Below are positions 51,342-61,508 of a stretch of 61,508 nt of DNA, in pieces (position 1 is the stretch's first letter; each line of letters begins with the position of its first letter). Made by a program: the position numbers and the translations under genes. Under the pieces are notes generated by a model, which made no database searches, was not told the origin of the DNA, and saw only the letters and a list, made by a program, of their open reading frames with translations. This DNA is from Macrostomum lignano. Lineage: Eukaryota. The DNA is taken from contig NIVC01001821.1 in NCBI GenBank assembly GCA_002269645.1, positions 1 to 61,508 on the forward strand, given 5' to 3'.

Positions 51342-54300
51342 ATGAACTCAGCAATCGTAACAGTAACTACCACGGCGTCGCCTCTGGTAGACCAGGTACA
51401 TCGGACTATGCACTGGGTCGACTACGTTGTGTTTTCTCTGTTCTTGTCCGTCTCACTGGGCATCGGGATCTACTTCGCCTTCGCTGGAGATCGCCAGCGA
51501 ACCGCTAAAGAGTTCCTTACGGGCAACCGCAGCCTGTCGTTGGTGCCTGTAGCGGTCAGCATTTTAGTGTCTTTCACCTCAGCTATACTGATACTTGGCG
51601 CTCCGGCGGAGCTCTACTTAAATGGAACGATGTACCTGCTCTACACGATTGGAAAGGTGATCGCCATCATTCTGGCGTCACTCATCTTTGTGCCGCTGTT
51701 CTATCCGCTGAAACTGACCAGCTCGTTTGAGGTAAAAAGGTTACCTGATAGTTAATTTAAAACAGCCATTTATGGATTAAACATCTTCTGCATGGCCCTT
51801 TTATTACAGTATCTCGAGCTTCGTTTCGAATCGAAAGCTGTCAGGATTTTGGGCAACCTGTTCTACATTTTGTCTTCGGTGAGTGCCTTGAAAGAGATTC
51901 ACGTTAACAATTGTGGCTAACTTTTGCTTGTTAATTATCGCCTCCCATCAGATCCTGTACATGGGTATCGCAATGTACGCTCCCTCGGCCGCCATGGATT
52001 TCTGCTCCGGTGGCTCCTTCAATATTTACATGTCAATCGCAGCCTCAGGAGTCATTGGGACAGCTTACACGCTGCTGGGAGGAATCAAAGCTGTGGTTTG
52101 GACCGACGTGTTCCAAGCTGGCATCATGCTTATTGGCATCTTCGCCATCATCATCAAGGGCACGATCGATGTGGGCGGTCCGGCAAATGTGTGGGCGATC
52201 AATGAAAAATACGGCCGGATTCAGTTTGACGAGTGAGTTAGTGTTAGTCCAAGGCCAATTTTCGACCTCCAGATTAATGAAACTCAAACCAAACCAAACA
52301 ACCCCATTATCGTCTCGACGTGTAACTTTCGACGCGCTTCTACGTTGCCTAAATTTAAAGTCCTAAAACATTGAAATTTACGACATATTTTAACTACCGG
52401 ACGTATCTACCAACGTCGAATGAGAATTCCAGAATGGCCGGATAAGTCAGCGTCTAATATAGAATACTTACCACACATCTTGATACATCAGACACGTGCT
52501 GATAATTTTTATGCTCCCCTTACTAAAGTATCTACTCATAGTAGAATTGCCAGTAAATTAGCCACCACTGAACCTGTTTCAAAACTTTTAATTTGCACTT
52601 CTTTAGCTCGTGTAGTATCAGCTGCTAAACGTTAACAACAAGCGTTTTGTTTCCTGTACAGGTTCAGCTTCGATCCCACTGTTCGACACACATTCTGGGG
52701 CCTGACGATTGGCAGTGCGGTTGGCTGGCTCGGCACCTACGGCGTTAATCAGGCAGCAGTGCAGCGGTATTGCGCGTTGCCAAACATCTCCAAGGCTAGA
52801 CAGTGAGAACTTTTTCTCGAATTTGATTGGTTTTTATTGAATTTCCTTGCGATAATTAGGAATCTGCTTTACCTCGAACGAGGCAAAGGCTGGGTCTATT
52901 GGAGGGGTGCCAATATTAGGCGTCTTGGGGTGCCCCTGTCTTGATGGGCGTCATTGTCTCTTAAAATTACGCCACTGTCTCTTATCCCGATCCCGACTCC
53001 AACAGGTCTCTGTGGATCAACATACCTGGAGCAATGATTCTTACGTGGACAGCCAGCGCTGCTGGAATGGTGATTTTCGCCTACTACCAATACATCGGCT
53101 GCGACATCAATGGAATCGGCTGGGCCAGAGGAAAGAATGATGTAAGCATTGAGTCAACCATCGGTCTCATGGTGCAGCGTTTTGCCGTACAACTTCATAG
53201 CTTTGTTCTACATTATGTAAAATATTATTGATCTCCAGTACAGCAAGCCTATGTTACCATTAGCAATCCGACGTCGTTATTAGCAATCCTACGTTGCTAT
53301 TAGCAATTCGACGTTGTTATTAGCAATCCAATGTTGTTATTAGCAATACGACGCTATTGTTAGCAATCCGACGTTGCTATTAGCAATCCGACATCTTTAT
53401 TAGCAACCTGATGTGGTTATTTGCAACCCGACTTCTTTGTTAGAAATCTGACATGGTTATTAGCAATCCGACGTCGGTGATTTCTTGGCCGACGTTCCTA
53501 CGTCGATGGACGTCGCTGCAAATATGTGTACTTCTACATTACACAGACGTTCAACCGGACATATGACGTCGTTATTCGTCGGCGTAATGTTAGAATACTC
53601 ATTTTCCTCGACGTCGTAACTTTAACCTGTGAAAGGATTTACCTTTAAAAGTACATGTAATAAATTCTCTTGCCCTGGTTTTTTTCATGAATAAATAATC
53701 ACAAAACACGTCCTTTAGATCGTTCCGTACTACGTGATGGACCAGCTTGGCCAGTACTACTCTATCCCTGGATTATTCGTTGCTTCACTCTTTGCCGGAG
53801 CTCTCAGGTAAGTTAGCGCAATTTGTTAATGAAATTACAATGCCATTCTACAAATTAACAAGGTAAAACACTTGGTTACAGCTCCGTGTCTTCTTCCCTA
53901 AACGCTTGCGCCGCCATTACCTGGAAGGACATCCTTGAGCCGCTATTCTTCAAGGACGCATCCGAGACAAAGTCCGGCTGGATTAACCGAATTCTCACGC
54001 TGATCTTCGGCATCTTGGGCACCGGCTTCGGCTTTATAGCCATTAACCTTGGCGGCACGGTGCTGCAAGCGTCCCTGTCATTCACTGGCGCCGTGGGGGC
54101 CCCGTCTCTAGGCCTGTTCATCATGGGCGCGTTCATCCCCATTGTTAACAAATACGGGGCCTTCGTCGGAGCTGTAGCCGGCTTGGCCATCAACATGTGG
54201 GTAAGCATCGGTTCTTACTCTGCTGGTAACCAGGAGATCAGCCTGCCCGGCAACACCAGCATGTGCAATGTGCCCGGCCAACCATGGGCACGTTCTCTAC

Positions 54301-56311
54301 GAACGTTGCGTCGCCACTGTAAGTGGTATTTCAAAATCGTATCATAACTCTAGCATAGTCGCCAGCCAAATAAACATTTTTCACGTGCGATTGCGCGCAT
54401 AAATTGCAGAGAAGCAAGCGGTCTACAGAAGTTTTACCAGCTATCCTACCTGTGGTATACTCTATTCGGACTTTTGGTCACCGTCATTTTGGGCGTGCTG
54501 GTCTCTCTGATTACAAACCTCATCTGGGGTGAGTCGGTTTTGTTGATTTGCACCCTGAGCCCCTGGTAGCTATGAATTATAAGTTATTTACATGTGTAAC
54601 AAAGCTATTGAGAATGGCATTTTATTTACAAAACATTTAATAATTACCGAAAATAAAATTCTCTCTTACCAGTAGCAATAAGAACGGTCTTAGAAATCCT
54701 GGGACTTTTCTTAATTCGATGTACTTTTAGTCTAGACTAGCTATAGATTTAACTAGTGAATTGCTCGATTGATCATCCACAGCCTGCTAAAAATTGAGAG
54801 ATACAAACATAAGGCACCTAATTGATTACTCTGTAGACAGTGAAAAGCAAAATTTCTTGCCTTTTTCACTTCGTATAACAAATTTAGCTGGGTGCTCGCA
54901 CCCGATTTTGCAGGCTACAAACGCCCGGACCACAAGTACGTCGTCCCGCTAGTGCACAAGCTGTGCTGTTGCTTCCCAATGGGCTGTCAGGAGTTCACCA
55001 GCTGCGGCATCGACATCCAGGCCAGGGACGAGTTCGAGTACGCGGCCGAAGAAGAGGATAAACGACCGAATATTGTGAGAGCACTTTGCCTGTGTAAAGG
55101 GGGTCATGGCTTGCTGGTCTAGCGGCCAGGCTCGATTCCAAATGCTGTCACATTAATATGGGGCTGAATTGGAATCTCGGCTTGAGTCTGCGCGTGCAAT
55201 TAACGGCTTTGAGGGCCAACCCCCGAGGCCCAGTGAAGTGTACATGCCTAACGATAAATAAAGTTAGGGCCGCTGTACACTCCTTTGTGTGTGCCTGTAC
55301 GTATGACTGCGTACGTATCTTGCGTGCCTGCTCAGCGGAGTCAGTGGAATGGGCAGTAATGCCTCTCCCCGGTTGTGTGACAATGTCGCTTAAAGTTCGC
55401 CATGGTGCATACACCTCCCTGCCTCTAAAAATAGCCAGTGCTGAAATTCGATCTCAAACAAATTAAAACCAGGCAAAAATGTACGGGATCCCAATTATGG
55501 GTGTTTATTTAAGTTTTAACAACCAATATTTTACTTTTTTGTCCGTTATTAGAATACCTGTAACACAATTTGCATTCAACCACTAGAAATGTATCGCCTT
55601 CAACTGTAAATCTAACCTCAAGGCCCCACCATGCCTAAAACCTTCACCTTTATTATAATAATTAAGAATATTGATAACGCTTGCCCTAATGGGCGCGTAA
55701 TAAGCTATTGCGCGGCGCATCTGAAGGTTGAGTACTGCTGTTCAGTCCAGGGACTGGGGGGTCGCCAAACACACCTTTAAGCAATGCAGAGTTTAGCGTC
55801 TTGCTCAAGGACACATATTGTTTTGAGTGGGTCGAGAACCGAACCCCCGACCTTTCATTCGTGGGTCCAACGCTCTATCCACTAGGCTACAACCTCTCTT
55901 CACCTATAGAAACCTAATACCGTATTAAGAGATCTAATGCTGGAACGCTAATGCACTCTGTGGGATATCCACGGGATGGGCAGACATCTTTCACCATTTC
56001 TTCTGGTCTTTTTCTATCAAAGGAATCAAGTTATGAACATCATATATAAAATAAAACCACTTCTGAATTGCCTCGCTCAGGTTGACGTCGAGCTCACCGA
56101 AAGACCGTCCTCTGCTGGCAACAAAGTGGCCCCGATGCCTGCCGCTGGTGACTCGCAGCAACCTGTCGCCGGAACTTCAAGTTCGTCGCCTACGCCGACC
56201 GCCTTCACGGCGTCGACGGATGTAAAGCCTCCGCCCTATGAAAGGAACCCGGCCGAACCGAACAGCAAAGAAAATCCCGACTCATTGTCCGTTACAGCTG
56301 AGGCTGTTTAG
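51342..56311 (+). CDS. SLC5 sodium:solute symporter (SMCT/SMVT/NIS-like)
   Basis: Exons 51342-51731, 51810-51878, 51952-52232, 52662-52802, 53006-53141, 53719-53807, 53882-54318, 54410-54528, 54914-55074, 56081-56311. Motifs [60 protein letters not shown]. One apparent 1-nt deletion in exon 7. Confidence 0.92.
53270..53480. repeat. Degenerate ~21-bp tandem repeat in an SLC5 intron
   Basis: tattagcaatccgacgttg-like units, about 10 copies. Confidence 0.8.
55100..55440 (+). mobile_element. SINE-like dispersed repeat, copy 4
   Basis: A-box-like tggtctagcgg and B-box-like ggctcgattcc, then the core gagggccaacccccgaggcccagtgaagtgtacatgcctaacgat...agggccgctgtacac. Confidence 0.55.
55690..55890 (-). 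mobile_element. tRNA-derived SINE with a V-domain-like core
   Basis: Minus strand gtagcctagtggatagagcgttggac...ggttcggttctcg (tRNA-like head), followed by gtgtccttgagcaagacgctaaac. Confidence 0.6.
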
Positions 56312-57884
56312 TACAAAGACTACTTATACCATGGACTACTGAAGAGTAGCGGAGGGTAGTAGAAAGACTACTGTTAGACCAAGGGACTTGGAAGTTCCGC
56401 TTTAGATTGATATTTCTATGGTTAATTCTGGCGAGTGATTCTAGCTTCGAATCAATTGGACTGTCTACAAAAAACTTACTGATTAATCGACTCGTAGGAG
56501 TTCAGTTGTATAAAAAATCTTTGTCAAATAAAAAATCAAACGAGAACGGGAAGTGTATGTTTCTTAACTTTGAGAATGGTTTTTTTACGACAGAGTAGTT
56601 ATAGTTACTAATAAATGTAGTTTCAAACACATGTCGTCTCTTTTTTAATTTTTAACGGTCCTAAGATAAACTACGAGCTCGTACAGAATGTTTGGGTGTA
56701 CGAGGGATCTGGTGTATCGTTAATTACAAGTTTTAACACCTTGTAAGCTCATTTGGGCTGTGAAAGAATCGATGCGCATTCGAAAAGAGAGTTAAAGCTG
56801 GTAAACCTGAATTAGAGGTTCGTGCACGGAACGGAGGGAATTGCAAACCAGAAATATCACAACTCCGAAAACTAAAATAGCATTGATCTTAGCATTGATC
56901 TTCCGTTACTAGCACTTTCGGGTCGTATATAAATTTACTGGATTTGATTGCATATACAACTTTTGGCTGTTGTTTCATTTTATCTTAAAACAATTTCAAA
57001 ACCCGATACTGTTGAACTGAACTTGAAGTAAATATTGCACTCGTAAATATGCTTAATTAACTGTAATTTTCTACGCTCGTAGATGGGTCACTCGCCCACT
57101 CAGGCATATATACTTAGTAAAGCAGCTTTCTACTTTCAGTTCAGTAGCAAAGAAGAATACATAAGCTATTTTACAAAAACAAGGCAGCTGAAATGACTTT
57201 GATAAGTTAAGATTTAGAAGCCCAAGCTTGCAGGCGTAAACAACTTGCTAATTTGTTCAGCAATAATGTACATTGGCCAGTCCACTGAAATGTACATGGC
57301 CGCTTTAGGCTGGAATTCTGAGAAAGGCAATAAAAATAGGAACGGGGCGGGGTGGCGGGGGGATTGTGGGGAAAGGCGCGGTTGGAGGTTTAAGTTTGGG
57401 GTAAGAGCCAATAAATGAGCCTTGGCTTTAATTAAAAATACACTAAAATGCTACTGTTTAACTTACTACTCAACTGAAAGTAGCGAATATGAATGAATGA
57501 ATTATATTCTGGCATAATGTCATGGAATAGCACTTACTTTGATTAACACAAAAAATCTAAAAAATCAATACTCGATAATGTATCTATTAATATTGCTTAT
57601 AAACTATTTCGAAGAAGAAAGTTAGGAATAATGAATGGTGAAATTTATTAAAATTATGAAACGACCTCAATTAAAAGTTGACTGAATATGTCTCTTAGGC
57701 TAGATAACTTATATAGTGCACACAATGATACCAAACAGAAGAGGCTGTCAAGAGATGACAAACAGAAGAGGCTGTCAGAGAGGACAAACAGAAAACACAA
57801 TATTAATTTTTTTTCGAAGCCATAATTCGGCAGAATAAACAAGGACATAGTTTCTAAGACGTGGTCTCGAGCTCCTTGCTGCTG

Positions 57885-58376
57885 CTACGGGTGCGGCGGC
57901 ACTATGGCCACAGGCCGGTGAGCATGATGCAGTACGTAGTCAGACACGCTGCCAAGAAAGGTGCGTCGAAGAGCCCCGATGCCGCGATTGCCAACCACAA
58001 TCAGCGAAGCGTCTTCTTCGGTTGCTATGGCAACCAGAGCCTGTCCGGGATTGGCGGACAATCGTTCAACAAATCGAACGTTGCAATCGGTTGGCAGGCC
58101 GAGCTGGTCGCAGCGGTCGCGGAGTTCCGCTGCCAGTCGGTGCCCGGCGTGCACCGCCTCCTTGACGCTGTTGGTGTACAGCTCCGCGGACACGGCGCTG
58201 GCGTACCCGGCTCCCAGGCTGACTGGGGGCGGCTCGGCGACGTAGGCAAACACCAGCTGGTCATCCGGGCTGGCCAGATTGGCGGCGTACCAGTTCAGAG
58301 CGCGATTGCTGTGAGCACTGCCGTCAACTGCGATGAGCACCTTGCGAGGTTGCTTCTGGGACGTGGACGACGACAT
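57885..58376 (-). CDS. Universal stress protein (UspA-like), intronless, 163 aa
   Basis: KVLIAVDGSAHSNRAL at the N-terminus; LIVVGNRGIGALRRTFLGSVSDYVLHHAHRPVAIVP with the G-2x-G-9x-GS ATP-binding motif. Confidence 0.95.
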   Translation of the reverse strand: MSSSTSQKQPRKVLIAVDGSAHSNRALNWYAANLASPDDQLVFAYVAEPPPVSLGAGYASAVSAELYTNSVKEAVHAGHRLAAELRDRCDQLGLPTDCNVRFVERLSANPGQALVAIATEEDASLIVVGNRGIGALRRTFLGSVSDYVLHHAHRPVAIVPPHP

Positions 58377-58454
58377 GCTGACGAAGTCTGTGAGAAGTGC
58401 AAGACGACGCGCTGATGTAGTTCACTTTCTATAGAAGCAGCTGTGATTAATTTA

Positions 58455-58685
58455 GCCAAGGAGGGAGATGATGGAGTGAGGTAGCCAAGAAGGGAGATGG
58501 TGGAGTGAGGTAGCCAAGAAGGGAGATGGGGAAGTGAGGTAGCCCAGGAGGGAGATGATGGAGTGAGGTAGCCAAGAAGGGAGATGGGGGAGTGAGGTAG
58601 CTAAGGAGGGAGATGATGGAGTGAGGTAGCCAATGAAAGAGATGATGGAGTGAGGTAGCCAAGGAGGGAGATGGGGAAGTGAGGT
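58455..58685. repeat. 29-bp purine-rich tandem repeat (~8 copies)
   Basis: agccaagaagggagatggtggagtgaggt-like units. Confidence 0.9.
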
Positions 58686-58714
58686 ATAAATTCACTTATA
58701 GGTGTAAATAGGTG

Positions 58715-58960
58715 TAGTTACTGTCTAAACAGGTGTTATTACTGTCCAAACAGGTGTAATTACTGTCTCAACAGGTGTAATTACTGTCTAAACAGGTGTA
58801 ATTACTGTCCAAACAGGTGTAATTACTGTCTCAACAGGTGTAATTACTGTCTAAACAGGTGTAATTACTGTCTAAACAGGTGTAATTACTGTCTAAACAG
58901 GTGTGATTACTGTCTAAACAGGTGTAAGTACTGTCTAAAAAGGTGTAATTACTGTCTAAA
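58715..58960. repeat. 21-bp tandem repeat (~11 copies)
   Basis: Unit aaacaggtgtaattactgtct. Confidence 0.93.
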
Positions 58961-59249
58961 CGGTTTACCCCCGATTCGCCGAATCCCGATTCTCCGATTC
59001 CCGATTCGCCGATTCCCGATTCGCCGAATTCCTGACTCGCCGAACCTTCCAGTTTCTAATTGTGCGACGCCACAGGTGGAAGTGGATGCATGCCAGGTGG
59101 GCCGGGTTGTGATTGGCCAGCTCTGGAGGCTCTCCTGCCTAGCCCTGTCCGCACGCTCGTATATAAGGGCCAGATTTCCAGTTGAGGCAGTCACACTTTT
59201 GTAAATACAACTCAACACGTGAGCCAGTGACCTCAAGACAACATAAGTT

Positions 59250-60652
59250 ATGGCTCAGGCCGGACCCGCACCCGAAAGGGCCGAATTCGTAGTGAGCGAA
59301 CGGGAGGCCAGCTTCTGCTCCGCGATGGCTACCTGTATCGCGTGGACAAAAAGAGTCTGGTGGCTTCCTACTACAAGTGCCGAGAGGAACGCTGCAATTC
59401 TCGGGTCAATGTTGAAGACGGGTTTGTGACGTCGACGTCTGGAAGTCACGAACACCCGCCGCCATCGGCCGCCGCTCTCAAGCGCAAAGCTTTTGCCGAG
59501 ACAGTGAAGGCGCAGGCACAAGAATCTGCCCTTCCAATTGCACGGATCTACCGAGACCAGGTGGCGACAAATGCTGCCGAGGGTGCAGATCTCGCCACGG
59601 TGCCCACGTTCTCCAGCGTCAAGACGGCCGCATACCACGCTCGACTTGCGGTCGTTCCCCGTTGCCTCCGACAGCTCAGCACTACGAGGTCGAGGCGGAG
59701 GTGTTCAACACTGCCACCGTTTTGGACTCGCGCGCATTGAATCTGGTGGGACCACGGGTCGTTGGATTCACGACGGACGCTCTGCTGGCAAGACTTGGCG
59801 AGTGCGAACGGTTGCAGATTGATGGTACTTTCAGCTGCTGCCCTGAGATCTTCTACCAGCTGTTCATCATTCACGGCAAGGTCCTCGGTGCGTGGGAGCC
59901 TCTTGTCTTCTTTCTGCTTCCCGCAAAGGATCAGAGAACGTATGAGACATGCTGAGGTTCGTCGAGTAACAGGTCATGACTGCATGGCAACGACCATTCT
60001 GACGGACTTCGAAGCCGGAAGCATGAACGCAGCGACTGGTAGGTGGCCACACTATCCGCAACCTGCTTTGCGAGGCTGCTTTTTCCACTTCTGCCAGTGC
60101 ATCCTACGCCGCGTTGCCTCCGCTGGATTGAAGGCAGCGTACGAAGGTGACCCCGAGGTGAGGGCAACCGTTCGGCGTCTGATGGCGCTGCCGTTGATGC
60201 CACTGGCTGGAGTGAAAGATGCCTTCCAGTTCATCCTCGGAGACATGCCTGCCCAAGCCCATCCGAATCATGCTCAAGTGGTCGCATTGATGGACTATGT
60301 GACTACTACTTGGATCGACGGGGCCGCACAGTTTCAACCGCCACTGTGGAGCCACTACGGTGAAGACGACGACAGGACCATCAACGCCGCCGAGGGTCGT
60401 CATCACGCCCTCAACCAAGTCGCGGGGAACCATCGTCTCAACGTTCATTCTTTTGTGCGCGAGGTTGTGAAGGAGCTCCGGAACTGCCAGACACGCATTC
60501 AGCAACGAGCCGCTGGCAATGTCACCAGTCGGCAAAGCTCTCGCGCGAAGAGGCTGGCAACAACAATTGCAAGACTCCGGGACGAGTTTTAAGCAGGCCA
60601 GAGAACACTGGAGCAGTTCCTTGACGCTTGTGGCTACCAGCTGCAGCTTTGA
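59250..60652 (+). pseudogene. FLYWCH-MULE transposase with three frameshifts and one in-frame stop
   Basis: LLRDGYLY...YYKCREERC...HEH (FLYWCH-like); QIDGTF, TDFE, GCFFHF and NAAEGRHH (DDE/CxxH). Shifts at ~59303, ~59658 and ~59951; TAA at 60590 is followed in frame by AGQRTLEQFLDACGYQLQL*. Confidence 0.88.
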
Positions 60653-60748
60653 ACATTTCTCTTGCCGTGACATAATAACCATGCAGCTTTGAACATTTCT
60701 CTTGCCGTGACATAATAACCATGCAGCTTTGAACATTTCTCTTGCCGT
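60641..60748. repeat. 40-bp tandem repeat (~2.7 copies) starting at the transposase 3' end
   Basis: tgcagctttgaacatttctcttgccgtgacataataacca repeats. Confidence 0.9.
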
Positions 60749-61508
60749 AAATATGCCTTGGTTTGCTCTGAGGCGTGCCTTTGAGCAGACCAGCTTTAGT
60801 ACCCCCGGGGGGTTGGTTTTGGGCCTTTGTGCGTGCGCGGGGTTGGCGTGGGGGGGGGTTGTGCGTTGTGTGTCTCTACCCTCCTTTGTGCAGCGGCCCT
60901 CCCCCCTCCGCCTGCTGAGGGTTTTTAATGCCCCGTTTTCTCTCAGGAGCTCCTGCGTTCTCGCTCTCGCTAAATTTTTTTTATTCTTCTTCTTTTAAAA
61001 ATAAAATGCCGTGTTCGTCACCAAATATACAAGCATTCGAGTCTTGTTGGAGGCTGTTGCTTCGCCTCCGTGTTCTCGCCAACCTCGGTGTTCCTCTGTT
61101 TCTCTGGGTTCCTTCCGGGCCGGTACTAATAAGATTTTTGCCACAAGAGTTTATTACATATTTTCTATCCTTTTATCTGAACTTTCCGCAGCTGTTGTCA
61201 CCTACAGTAATAATAATAATAAAATAATACAATTTTAATACAATCCAAAATACAATATTACAATAATATAACTACAATAATAATTGTCTCCAAGTCTGAT
61301 CCCCGGAAGCACTTGTTCAGCTGATGGTGCGCCTGTGTGTGTGCGTGTGTGAGTGGACGGTCAATGGGGTAATCGGCAATCAGGAATTCGGCGAAGCAGG
61401 AATCGGCAAATCAGGAATTTCGGCGAAGCAGGAATCGGCAAATCAGGAATTTCGGGAAGCAGGAATCGGCGAATCGGGAATCGCGAATCGGAATCGGCGA
61501 ATCGGGGG

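Larger units (their letters stand above)
58962..61508 (+). mobile_element. Mutator-like (MULE) DNA transposon; right TIR runs off the window
   Basis: The left end ggtttacccccgattcgccgaatcccgatt... is inverted at the window end (...gaatcggcgaatcgggg); both ends consist of short ccgattc repeats. Confidence 0.85.

Noticed and set aside
55820-55890. Functional tRNA gene
   Set aside because: A/B-box-like motifs are present, but the anticodon and acceptor stems do not pair and the sequence continues into a SINE core.

Overview
This is eukaryotic (invertebrate animal) genomic DNA with short GT-AG introns, a 412-bp N gap and dense repeats; a flatworm-like origin is an inference only. Host genes I could model with phase-consistent exons: (1) a ~3,115-aa, 22-exon membrane-tethered mucin (14998->83, minus) made of a signal peptide, 13 tandem six-Cys modules separated by Thr/Pro/Ser linkers, a SEA domain with a GSV autocleavage motif and a C-terminal hydrophobic anchor; (2) Cdc34/UBE2R; (3) a very compact (~1,356 aa) trithorax/KMT2 methyltransferase; (4) a MAO-like flavin amine oxidase; (5) an SLC5 sodium:solute symporter; (6) a universal stress protein. 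There are also small TRAF-fragment and Gly/Tyr/Pro-rich ORFs. Mobile DNA: a young full-length Ty3/gypsy LTR element (17928-26632, CTGT TSD, tRNA-Gln PBS) inserted 120 bp upstream of the cdc34 ATG, whose Gag-Pol carries an unexpected cold-shock (CSD/UNR-like) domain; a FLYWCH-MULE; nested Tc1/mariner-type elements; several MITEs with TSDs; and tRNA-headed SINE-like repeats. The best candidates for something undescribed are the CSD-bearing retrotransposon and the 13-module SEA mucin. All domain calls come from motif recognition by eye; no database searches were run.
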